A stretch of DNA of 64,000 nt from Mustelus asterias (Eukaryota). Position numbers and translations under genes: made by a program. The stretch's first letter is position 1; every line of letters starts with the position of its first letter. Location of the stretch: assembly GCF_964213995.1 (NCBI RefSeq), contig NC_135804.1:69502001-69566000 (forward strand), read 5' to 3'. The notes under the pieces were generated by a model. The model had not been told where the DNA came from. It did not search any database and saw only the letters and a list, made by a program, of their open reading frames with translations. Below are positions 27,245-38,422 of this stretch, one piece after another.

Positions 27245-27890
27245 CTAATTAGCACTGCTGCCACGCAGTGCCATGGACCTGGGTTCAGTTCCGGCATCGG
27301 GTCACTATCATTGTGGAGTATGCACATTCTGCGCCTATCTGCATGGGGTTTCCTCCAGGTGGCCCAGTTATCTCTCACTGTTCAAAGATGTGGGTGCTCG
27401 GTTGATTAGCCAATGCTAAATTGCCCGTTATGTTAAAGGGGATCAACAGGGTAAATACATGGATTTAATGGGATAGGGGCTGGCTGGAATTGTTGTCAGT
27501 GCAGGCTCAATAGGCCGAATGGTCCCCTTCTGCACTGTCGGCACCCTATGATTATTTGCGGTGTGCAAGCTGTTGTACAGTGAGCTTTTTAGTTTAGTTT
27601 ATTGATTTGTGTCAAGTAGGGTTACATTAACCCTGCAATGAAGTTACTGTGAAAATACCCGAGTCGCCACACCCCGGCGCCTGTTTGGGCACACAGAAGG
27701 AGAATTTAGCAGGGCTAATGCACCTAACCAGCACGACTTTCAGACTGCGGGAGGAAACCAGAGGACCCGAAGGAATCCCACGCAGACACGAGGAGAATGT
27801 GCAGACTCCAAACAGACAGTGACCCAAGCCGGGAATCGAACCCGGGGTCCCAGGCACTGTAAGGAAGCCGTGCTCACCATTGTAGCACCA
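27245..27890. mobile_element. Two V-SINEs tail-to-tail (~27245-27555 +, ~27590-27890 -) in the last intron
   Basis: HE1-like head and core on opposite strands. Confidence 0.75.
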
Positions 27891-27944
27891 TGGGTAAAAC
27901 GCGCAAATGTTTTACCCCATGCTCTGTGGTAATATTTTTCTTAC

Positions 27945-28046
27945 CTTTAAAATGGGCGCCTTTTGAAATGGTCCACAATGATAATTGTCAGAATGAGAAT
28001 CACGAGGAATCCTAATACAAAACGAGGAATCAGAGCAACGTGGAGC
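27945..28046 (-). CDS. IgSF V-C1 receptor, exon 5: transmembrane with Arg plus short tail (LHVALIPRFVLGFLVILILTIIIVDHFKRRPF*)
   Basis: Acceptor ttagttcacag, hydrophobic stretch followed by the basic stop-transfer KRR, TAA at 27949-27947, donor AG|gtaaga. Confidence 0.8.
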
Positions 28047-28635
28047 CTGTGAACTAACATACAGTAATTACAGGAATCATCAGTTCATTCATTATACGTG
28101 GCATGTTTCGGCAAGAATAAAATGAGACAGACAAATTCAGAATTTAAGAACGGGAATGAAATAAGTTGACCCATAATTTCAGTGTCTCTAATTACAATAG
28201 GATCGGCATCCTGTATGTGAATTTTGAATCAAGAAGTGAAGAAAATATTTATGTTCCGCCATACGTTCCCATTGTATTAAAAGCGGGAGAGTTGAGTTAA
28301 CACAGGTAAGTCGAAGCATGAAGAAATCAGTCCGCATAAAATCACCTATGCTCCGCGATTTGCCAAGTTCAGCTAATTCTAGCAAAATGCAATTATGCCT
28401 CAAAGGGATATCTTATTTATATCCAACAGAGTAATCATTTGCTAGTTACCTAATTACAAGATCACTTTTTTGAACGTGAAATGTTCGCTTGACCCCCGCA
28501 CTGCACCGCAAAACCCCATGTAATATTCCTCACTTTACTTTGAAAAATACAGCTGCAGAATACTTTATTTTTGGCGAGTAACGTTAATATTCGTGGAATT
28601 AAGGTCTCAGTAGACTTGGTGGAATTAGTGAACAT

Positions 28636-29170
28636 TTGGAATATTGTGTGCAGTTCTGGTCACCTCACTATAAGAAGGATGTGGAAGCGCTGGAAAGAGT
28701 GCAGAGGAGATTTACCAGGATGCTGCCTGGTTTGGAGGGTAGGTCTTATGAGGAAAGGTTGAGGATGCTAGGGCTGTTCTCTCTGGAGCGGAGGAGGCTG
28801 AGGGGAGACTTAATAGAGGTTTATAAAATGATGAAGGGGATAGATAGAGTGAACGTTCAAAGACTATTTCCTCGGGTGGATGGAGCTATTACAAGGGGGC
28901 ATAACTATAGGGTTCGTGGTGGGAGATACAGGAAGGATATCAGAGGTAAGTTATTTACGCAGAGAGTGGTTGGGGTGTGGAATGGACTGCCTGCACTGAT
29001 AGTGGAGTCAGACACTTTAGGAACATTTAAGCGGTTATTGGATAGGCACATGGAGCACACCAGGATGATAGAGAGTGGGATAGCTTGATCTTGGTTTCAG
29101 ATGAAGCTCGGCACAACATCGTGTGCCGAAGGGCCTGTTCTGTGCTGTACTGTTCTCTGTTCTCTGTTCT
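28636..29170 (+). mobile_element. Young CR1 3' fragment, same subfamily as 21456-22243
   Basis: Near-identical ORF end (…LLDRHMEHTR..SGIA*) and tail. Confidence 0.92.
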
Positions 29171-29286
29171 AGTTGTTTTTCCTTTCTATGCGCAATTTAT
29201 GCGCATATTAGAAAATATAATGCTTTTAGTTGTTATATGTTTTACTTTCAGCATGTGGATCAAATTATAGGCTTCCACAACTTTAC

Positions 29287-29305
29287 TCGGAATGGTAAAT
29301 TGTGT
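29287..29305 (-). CDS. IgSF V-C1 receptor, exon 4: 19-nt connecting-peptide microexon (D-TIYHS-E)
   Basis: tactaac...ctcattttgcag|ACACAATTTACCATTCCGA|gtaaag. Its phase 1->2 is exactly what is needed to join the C1 exon to the TM exon in frame. Confidence 0.6.
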
Positions 29306-29318
29306 CTGCAAAATGAGA

Positions 29319-31065
29319 CATGGTTAGTACGTTTGCAGATGACACCAAGATTGGTGGCATAGTGGACAGTGATCGCAAACCGGCCTCCCATCCCTTGACT
29401 CTGTCGACACTTCTCGCTGCCTCGGCAAAGCAGCCAGCATAATTAAGGACCCCACGCATCCCGGACATTTTCTTTTCCACCTTCTTCCATTGGGAAAAAG
29501 ATACATAGGTCTCAGGTCACGTACCAACCGGCTCAAAAACAGCTTCTTCCCTGCTGCTGTCAGACTTTTGAATGGACTTACCTTGCATTAAGTTGATCTT
29601 TCTCTACACCCTAGTTATCACTGTAACACTGCATTCTGCACTCTCTCTTTTCCTTCTATATGAACGGTATGCTTTGTCTGTATAGGGCGCAAGAAAGAAT
29701 TGTCACATGTTAATACATGGGACAATAATAAATCAAATCAGATCAAATCAAAAAAGTTATCTAGGTTTGCAACAGAATCTTGATCAATTGGGCCAATCGG
29801 CTGATGAATGGTAGATGGAGTTTAATTTAAATAAATGCGAGGTGATACATTTTGGTAGATCAGCTGAGGGCAGGACCTACTGAGTTAATAGTAGGGCGTT
29901 GGGGAGAGTTATAGAACAAAGAGATCTAGGGTACAGGTTCATAGCTCCTTCAAAGTGGAGTCACAGGTGGACAGAGTGGTGAAGAAGACATTCGGCATGT
30001 TTGATTTCATTGGTCAGCACATTGAATACAAGAGTTGGGATATCTTGTTGAAGTTGTACACGACATTAGTAAGACCACACTTGGGATACTGTGTACAGTT
30101 CTGGGCATACCATCATAGAAAGAATATTAATAAACTAGAAAGAGTACATCAAAGATTTACGAGGATGCTACCGGGACATGATGGATTTAGTTATACGGAG
30201 AGGCTTGATAGACTAGGATTTTTTTCCTGGAGGAAGGAGGCTTCGGGGTGATATTACAGAGGTCCATAAGATGATGAGCGGCATAGATCAGCTGGATAGT
30301 CAACATATTTTCCCAAAAACAGTGGAGCCTAAAACTAGAGGGCATAAGTTAAAGGTGAGAGCGGAGAGATACAAAAGTGCCCAGAGGGTGGTGAGTGTCT
30401 GAAACAAGCTGCCAGAGGTAGTAGTAGAGGCAGGTACAATTTTGTCTTTTGAAAAGCATTTAGAAAGTTACATCAGTAAGATGTGTATCGATGGATATGG
30501 GCCAAATGCGGGCAATTGGGACTAGCTTAGTGGTTAAGAAAGAGCGACATGGAGAAGCTGGGCCGAAGGGCCTGTTTTCATGCTGTAATCCTCTATTACT
30601 CTATGACTCTATTGGGACTTGATGGTTTGAGTGATAAGGAGAGGTTAGATGGATTGGGACTCTTTTCCCTTGAGCACCTGAGGCTTAGGGGTGATCTTAT
30701 AGAGGTCTATAAAATATTGAGGGGAATAGATAAGGCAGATAACCGACATCATTCCCCAAGGTAGGGGAGTCTAAAACAGGAGGTCATGAGTTTAAGATGA
30801 GAGCGGAGAGATACAAAGGGGTTTACAGGGGCATTTCTTTCACTCAGATGGTGGTGCATGTCTGGAACGACCTGTCAGATGCAGTAGTCGTGGTGGTACA
30901 CATCTGTCTTTAAAGGCGCAGTTAGACAGTTCGGCAGCTACATGTGTAAGATGGGTATAGAGGGATATCGGGCAATCATGGGAACTTGGGACTAGTTTAG
31001 GTGTGAAAGGCAAGGGCGGCATGGACAACTGGGGCTGAAGGGCCCGTTTACATACTGTAAACCTC
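29319..31065 (+). mobile_element. Nested cluster: CR1 (~29319-30610) split by a Rex1/Babar 3' end (~29375-29750), then a second CR1 tail (~30610-31065)
   Basis: FADDTKIGGIVDS interrupted by IIKDPTHPGH..LLPLGKRY; RPHLGYCVQFW downstream. Confidence 0.8.
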
Positions 31066-31796
31066 AAAATGAAATTCCAAAATAATTTCCAGGTGAAGAT
31101 CCTTGCGTTAACTATTCACCTAACCTTCATGAAGTGCAAGATATTTGTACGACATAGCTGATTACAGAAATGTGAATTGAGGCTTTAACTGAATTTACCT
31201 AACGTCCTGAATAGCGGTATGCTGGCGATTTTGGAACATCAGGGCACAATAACAAACGTCCTGCTTTATTCGATGAACAGACTTATCAAGTTTTATAAAT
31301 TAGCTTTGATACGTCGTAACAGAAAAACATGACTTGCATTCTAGTTTTTGAGCATTATGAATGCGATAGGCAAGATTATCTTACATAAACATAGGCGTAG
31401 ATAACAGGAATAGGAGTAGGCCATTCGGCACTTCAAGCCTCTATCTCCATTCATTCTGAGCATGGCAGATCATCCAAGTCAGTAACCTGATCCGGCCTTC
31501 TCCCATCGCCTTTGATCTCATTCGCCCCAAGATCCATATATATAACTCCTTCCTCAAATCGTGCAATATTTTTGGCTTCAACTGCTTTCTCTGGTAGCGA
31601 GTTGCAGAGGCTTACCGCTCTCGAGGTGAAGAAACATCTCCTCATCTCAGTGTTAAAAGGTTTACCCCGTATCTTTAGACTACGTCCCATGGTGATGGGC
31701 TCCCCAACATTACACCACACTTCATTTACCATATTGTCTAGTCCTTTTAGAATTTTCAATGTTTCTATGAGATTCCTCCTGCTCATTATTTTGAAC

Positions 31797-32579
31797 CTCA
31801 AAACTAGAAAGAGTGCATAAAATATTTATGAGGATGCTACCGGGACATGATGGATTTAGTTATAAGGAGAGGCTTGATAGACTAGGATTTTTTTCCTGGA
31901 GGAAGGAGGCTTCGGGGTGATCTTACAGAGGTCCATAAGATGATGAGGGGCATAGATCAGCTGGATAGTCAACATATTTCCCCAAAAACAGTGGAGCCTA
32001 AAACTAGAGGGCATAAGTTAAAGGTGAGAGCGGAGAGATACAAAAGTGCCCAGAGGGTGGTTTCAATCACCAGGCAAGACTGTTCTCTTCCTGTTGGGGA
32101 GCACTTCAGCGGCCATGGGCATTCAGCCTCTGATATTCGGGTAAGCGTTCTCCAAGGCGGCCTTCGCGACACACGACAGCGCAGAGTCGCTGAGCAGAAA
32201 CTGATAGCCAAGTTCCGCACACACGAGGACGGCCTCAACTGGGATATTGGGTTCATGTCACACTATTTGTAACCCCCATAGTTGCCTAGACCTGCAGAGT
32301 TTCACTGGCTGTCTTGTCTGGAGACAATACACATCTTTTTAGCCTGTCTTGATGCTCTCTCCACTCACATTGTTTTGTTTCTTAAAGACTTGATTAGTTG
32401 TAAGTATTCGCATTCCAACCATTATTCATGTAAATTGAGTTTGTGTCTTTATATGCTCTGTTTGTGAACAGAATTCCCACTCACCTGAAGAAGGGGCTTA
32501 GAGCTCCGAAAGCTTGTGTGGCTTTTGCTACCAAATAAACCTGTTGGACTTTAACCTGGTGTTGTTAAACTTCTTACTG
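31797..32579 (+). mobile_element. Composite insertion: 260-bp local CR1 copy + Penelope-like GIY-YIG C-terminus + terminal repeat
   Basis: 13-bp TSD cattattttgaac (31784-31796, 32580-32592); PVGEHFSGHGHS..VSVLQGG..RRVAEQKLIAKFRTHEDGLN.D is a Penelope endonuclease C-terminus. Confidence 0.88.
32476..32521 (+). ncRNA. Minimal type I hammerhead ribozyme motif of the Penelope terminal repeat
   Basis: cac-CTGAAGA-a-GGGGC-ttaga-GCTCC-GAAA-gc-TT-gtg: conserved core, stem II and a palindromic AAGCTT in place of helix III. Confidence 0.65.
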
Positions 32580-33459
32580 CATTATTTTGAACACCAGCGA
32601 ATAAATTCTTATCCGAATAAATCTCTCCTCATTAGTGAATCCCTCCATTCCGGCGATAGGTCTGGTAAACATTCGCTGCACTCACTCTGTAGCAAGAACG
32701 TCCTTCCTCAGATAATGAGACAGAAACTGAATACAGTATTCCAGGCGTTGTCTCTCAAAGCCCTGTATATTTACAGCAAAACATGCTTGCTTCTGTGGTC
32801 GCATCCTCTCTCTATGGTGGCCACAATGCAATTTGTCTTATTTATCGCCTGCTGCACATACATGCTTATCTTGAATGACTGATGTACAATTTCAGCCAGA
32901 TTTCGTTGTACATTCCCCTCTCAATCTAAAGCCACTCAGATCATATTTTGCCTTCCAGCTTTTGCTGCCAAAGTGGAGAATGTCACATTTATCCACATCA
33001 TCCTGCACCCCCTATGCATCTGCCCACTCTATCAATTTTTCCAAATCTTTGTATCCCCATCAAAACCCACCCTCCCACCCAGTTTTGTGTCATCTGCAAA
33101 TTTGGAGATATTGCATTTAGTTCCATCATTTAAATCATCCATATATTGTGAACACCTGAATTCCTAGAAGCGATCCCTGCTGTACTCCACCAGTCAATGC
33201 CTGCCTTTCGGAAAAAGACCCAGCTTATTCTAACTCTTTGTTCCCTGTGCGCCAGCCAGTTTTCTATTCATCTCAATATACTGTCCCCAATCCGAAACGC
33301 TTTTATTTTGCACGATGTAATAAGCATAAGACAATAAATGTCAACATTGAATAGCTATGGTCGATCTTTCTTGGACAGAAGAAAAGTCGACTAAGGAATC
33401 ATGAACCATAGAATAGAAAGACATTACAGCTACTGTTCATGGCATTCGAGAATATTTAA

Positions 33460-35360
33460 GAACATAAGAACATAAGAAATAGGAGCAGGAGTAGGCCATC
33501 TAGCCCCTCGAGCCTGCCCCGCCATTCAATAAGATCATGGCTGATCTGACGTGGATCAGTACCACTTACCTGCCTGATCCCCATAACCCTTAATTCCCTT
33601 ACCGATCAGGAATCCATCCATCCGCGCTTTAAACATATTCAGCGAGGTAGCCTCCGCCACCTCAGTGGGCAGAGAATTCCAGAGATTCACCACCCTCTGG
33701 GAGAAGAAGTTCCTCCTCAACTCTGTCTTAAACCGACCCCCCTTTATTTTGAGGCTGTGTCCTCTAGTTTTAACTTCCTTACTAAGTGGAAAGAATCTCT
33801 CCGCCTCCACCATATCCAGCCCCCGCATTATCTTATAAGTCTCCATAAGATCCCCCCTCATCCTTCTAAACTCCAACGAGTACAAACCCAATCTCCTCAG
33901 CCTCTCCTCATAATCCAAACCCCTCATCTCCGGTATCAACCTGGTGAACCTTCTCTGCACTCCCTCCAATGCCAATATATCCTTCCTCATATAAGGGGAC
34001 CAATACTGCACACAGTATTCCAGCTGCGGCCTCACCAATGCCCTGTACAGGTGCATCAAGACATCCCTGCTTTTATATTCTATGCCCGTCGCAATATAGG
34101 CCAACATCCCATTTGCCTTCTTGATCACCTGTTGTACCTGCAGACTGGGCTTTTGCGTCTCATGCACAAGGACCCCCAGGTCCCTTTGCACGGTAGCATG
34201 TTTTAATTTGTTTCCACTGAGATAGTAATCCCATTTGTTATTATTTCCTCCAAAGTGTATAACCTCGCATTTCTCAACGTTATACTCCATTTGCCATATC
34301 CTCGCCCACTCACTCAGCCTGTCCAAATCTCTCTGCAGATCTTCTCCGCCCTCCACACGATTCACTTTTCCACTTATCTTTGTGTCGTCTGCAAACTTCG
34401 TTACCCTACACTCCGTCCCCTCCTCCAGATCATCTATATAAATGGTAAACAGTTGCGGCCCGAGTACCGATCCCTGCGGCACGCCACTAGTTGCCTTCCT
34501 CCAACTGGAAAAACACCCATTTATTCCGACTCTTTGCTTCCTGTCGGATAGCCAGTCCCCAATCCACTTTAACACACTACCCCCAACTCCGTGTGCCCTA
34601 ATCTTCTTCAGCAGCCTTTTATGGGGCACCTTATCAAACGCCTTTTGGAAATCCAAAAACACCGCATCCACCGGTTCCCCTCCATCAACCGCCCTAGTCA
34701 CATCTTCATAAAAATCCAACATGTTCGTCAAGCACGACTTTCCCCTCATGAATCCATGCTGCGTCTGATTGATCGAACCATTTCTATCCAGATGCCCTGC
34801 TATCTCCTCTTTAATAATGGATTCCAGCATTTTCCCTACTACAGACGTTAAGCTGACCGGCCTATAGTTACCCGCCTTTTGTCTCCTTCCTTTTTTAAAT
34901 AGCGGCGTAACATTAGCCGTTTTCCAATCAACCGGCACTACCCCAGAATGCAACGAGTTTTGATAAATAATCACTAACGCATCCACTATTACCTCTGACA
35001 TTTCTTTCAATACCCTGGGATGCATTCCATCCGGACCCGGGGACTTGTCCACCTTCAGTCCCATTAGTCTACCCAGCACTGCCTCTCTGGTAACATTAAT
35101 TGTATTAAGTATTTCTCCTGCTGCCAACCCTCTATCGTTAATATTTAGCAAACTATTTGTGTCCTCCACCGTGAAGACCGACACAAAAATCTTATTTAAA
35201 GACTCAGCCATATCCTCATTTCCCACTATTAACTCCCCCCTCTCGTCCTCCAAGGGTCCAACATTCACTCTAGCCACTCTATTCCTTTTTATATATTTAT
35301 AAAAACTTTTACTATCATTTTTTATATTAATTGCTAGCCTAGCTTCATAGTCTATCCTTA
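33460..35360 (-). mobile_element. Young CR1 LINE, 5'-truncated, with uninterrupted RT ORF (~600 codons), in the C1-CP intron
   Basis: KSPGPDG, NYRPVSLTS, DFQKAFDKVPH, GVPQGSVLGP, FADDTK; (ttcttatg)n tail. Confidence 0.96.
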
Positions 35361-35663
35361 TTAAAGATATTAAAGAGGAAGTATTGATTGAGGACTGCAG
35401 CTGTGGAGCAAACATGCAATTTCTACATTTGGGCATGAAGGACCAGTGTTTTCGAAAGTTATTCCGGGAAATGGAACGACAGAACTGGAAACAGAAAATT
35501 CCGCGATCTTGGTCTAGATGGGCTTCTACCATTTAGCAATGACTTTACTGCATACTCCAACCACAACGTCCTTTTGCAGAGTTGAAATGTGTCAGTGTGA
35601 GGAGAATGACAGTTGATTTTAAGAAAGTGGACGATACCCATGAGACGCCATATAAGGACATTA

Positions 35664-35995
35664 CGGCACGGTAGCACAGTGGTTAGCACTGCTGCTTCAC
35701 AGCGCCAGGGTCCTGGGTTCGATTCCCGGCTCGGGTCACTGTCTGTGTGGAGTTTGCACATTCTCCTCGTGTCTGCGTGGGTTTCCTCCGGGTGCTCCGG
35801 TTTCCTCCCACAGTCCAAAGATGTGCGGGTTAGGTTGATTGGCCAGGTTAAAAATTGTCCCTTAGAGTCCTGGGATGCGTAGGTTAGCGGGATTAGCGGG
35901 TAAAATATGTGGGGGGTAGGGCCTGGGTGGGATTGTAGTCGGTGTAGACTCGATGGGCCGAATGGCCTCCTTCTGCACTGTAGGGTTTCTATGAT
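35664..35995 (+). mobile_element. Full-length HE1-like V-SINE
   Basis: tRNA-like A/B boxes (gtggttagcac / gggttcgattccc), V-domain gtttcctcccacagtccaaag, CR1-derived tail. Confidence 0.9.
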
Positions 35996-36091
35996 TACTT
36001 TCAGTATCGGTGAATCGTGGTCTCTAGTCTCGTTAATAATCTGTAAATAAATAATCTTAATAAAACTTGTTTGCTCCACTATTTGGCTCAC

Positions 36092-36391
36092 CTTTCCAAT
36101 TTAGAACATAGAAGCTGGCATTAACCGGAATAATAAGCGTGCGATGAGTTACTTGGCACGTTACGTAACGGTCAGTTCTTGTGACAACCAAAGAGCTGAA
36201 AAGTTCATAAAGTCCTTCGGAATTTAGATATTTAAATGTATTTATCCCAGCTGCAACACGAAAGCCATCCTTGTACCAAGTTACATTGATACCATCCGGG
36301 TAAAAAGCCGCCGTTTTACACGAAATAATTAGAGACTCGGGTGTCTTATTTGCAAGTAACTCGGACTTGATGCTCAACGGAATTGGAGGAA
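36092..36391 (-). CDS. IgSF V-C1 receptor, exon 3: C1-set Ig domain
   Basis: Acceptor ctttattttgcag, donor G|gtgagc, 300 nt, phase 1-1. C1 signatures ISCKTAAFYPDGINVTWYKDG, GLYELFSSL, VTCQVTH. Confidence 0.95.
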
Positions 36392-37918
36392 CTGCAAAAT
36401 AAAGCAGAAACAGACTATGTTCATCTCTGCTTTGTAACCAACATTTCGTCCAGTCATTAGATTTGCACTGTTTTTAAATTTCCTGTGATAATTTACACTG
36501 ACGTTCACGACGATTAGAGAGCAATTTTCTATTGCACCCTTTGAAGGGTATGGAGGAACAGTGTGAGGAGTGCAAACAGCTGGGTATCTCTTTTATGCAT
36601 TAAGTTCAATACAAAGAAAACGTGTAATGTATTTCTAAACCATGGAATATTCGCTCGCATATCCAATTCAATGGAAACAGACAAAGTCAAATTGCGAACA
36701 AATAAATGTATTATTAAGGAAAAGTGATGAATGAGGCAGAAAAAAATCAAACATTTGCATTGCACTAATATCTTCCTAAATTGCCAACCATAATTAAAAT
36801 CTGAACAAATGCGACGATCGTAATATTAATCGTTGCAAGAGAGACTGCAGATTAAAAACATTCTTTGCTTGAGTTCTGAATTGTTTGGACGAATTTAGTA
36901 GTTACGATTTAATTAAGTATAATACACTAACGCATTTCCAATGCTGTCTATCTCGGAGAGCTACAGTTTCACAGAAACTGCGAGAGAAACCGCACTCTGC
37001 GAGAAAAAAAATCCCGATATCCTTGTTTGACTGTTCATTGCTGGTGAATCAAATTTGCTCCACCATTAACAAAGGGAAGTCCTATTATGCACCGCCGTCA
37101 AGTGTAAAACGAAGTCGACTCTTAAGTGATGAAGTTTCACAAGGGGCTAATCGATAGAAAAGGGGACAACAATTAATATTTTAATCCAGGGCACGGAAAA
37201 TACAATTAGAACTAATTCTCGAAATTAATGTTTGATATAATCCTATATAAAATATGTCGCAGTTGTCTGATTTTCGATACACTGTTGGATTTTATTTTTC
37301 AGTACTGAAAGCCCGGTGTGCAATTCAGTCTATAAAGAATCGAGAGGATAGTTTCAAGAACAATAGTTTTCCTTCCGAACGGCTAGATTTTCATGTTGGC
37401 CGATGCAGTGATGGAAGCCAATTGGTAGTTCCATTACACAACACTTCCCAATGCATTTTATTAACTTCAATTGAAATATAAATCACACGAGCGTAAAACG
37501 TGCAACCAATTCGTTACATTCCGCTTTGGCGGAAAGTCAGGATCTACAGAAACTCCTTCATCAATCGAATAGCAATGGTGTTGAATTTCAGTTCTCACAC
37601 ACAACCCTGGATTAATTGAATTGTTATCACAGTGGAAATCGCTTTATATCGGCTGAATATTTTCTTGTGTCTACCACCTCCCCACCACCAACCCTCCCCC
37701 CCCCCCTCCCCGCCCTTGACTTTTTATGTTATTTTGCATCAGCGCATTAGGACTTCGAGTATAATTTTCAGTTATAACGCAAAGAATGGATCGATTGCAA
37801 ATGTTTCTCATCAGAGCTATTGGAAAACGATAATCAATGAACATATCAATTTCATACATATTCGATTTCACCTGTTATGAATTATAAAATGAATGATGTG
37901 TGGGCGATTTTCGCTTAC

Positions 37919-38239
37919 CGTAGATAACAAGCTTTGACCCAGTTCCATTTGCAACGAGGCGATCCAGATGTTTTACTCCGCAATAATAGACCCCTGAGTC
38001 CGCGGCGTGGACCTTCAGGAGCTGAAGAGTGGCTTCACCTTTCTTCAAAAGACGAATTACTTTTCTGCTGTCCGATCGTGACTGCAGAAAGTCAGTATCG
38101 CCCAGTTTCCACCAATATATATTCACATTCGAAATATCATTAAAAAGAGGAAACGCGCAATAAAAGGTGACGTTTTCACCTGCCAGCCGGTGAGCACTTT
38201 CGGGGGCTTGGGACACTTTTATCTGACCATCAGCAACAT
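37919..38239 (-). CDS. IgSF V-C1 receptor, exon 2: V-type Ig domain with germline-joined J-like G strand
   Basis: Acceptor tttcttcctcacag, donor G|gtaagc, 321 nt, phase 1-1. Motifs VTFYC, IYWWK, ATLQL, DSGVYYC and J-like ANGTGSKLVI (GxG motif) in one exon. Confidence 0.95.
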
Positions 38240-38422
38240 CTGTGAGGAAGAAATGCAAACAATAAGATCATCTATGGCAACAAAAAGGAGAAAAAAGGAA
38301 AGATTTTGAGCCGATCGGAGAGATGAGGCTTGGCTGAGGGGGGTGGTGGGGGGCGGGTGGTTCGGGTGGAAGGGAGGATGTGTTCGGAGGGGGAGTGCAG
38401 TGGTAAGGCGTCAAATACATAC

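Larger units (their letters stand above)
31390..33310 (-). mobile_element. Old CR1 LINE interrupted by a composite insertion at 31797-32579
   Basis: TEMRRCFFTSRAVSLCNSLPEKAVEA; the element continues after 32592. Confidence 0.75.

Noticed and set aside
28534-28552. Alternative 19-nt phase 1->2 microexon (CTGTATTTTTCAAAGTAAA, minus strand)
   Set aside because: Purine-rich acceptor context with a poor polypyrimidine tract; the 29305-29287 candidate is better, though RNA data are needed.
35361-35532. Unique N-terminal extension on the 658-aa CR1 ORF
   Set aside because: Flanking sequence fortuitously open upstream of the CR1 5' truncation point.
35664-35740. tRNA-like sequence
   Set aside because: It is the tRNA-derived head of a SINE, not a tRNA gene.
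35459-36091. 210-aa minus-strand ORF directly after the C1 exon
   Set aside because: Mostly the antisense translation of an HE1-like SINE; no domain signature.
37628-37670. CACAGTG heptamer downstream of the V exon, a possible RSS
   Set aside because: No ACAAAAACC-like nonamer at 12 or 23 bp, it is not adjacent to the coding end, and V and J-like strands are already fused.
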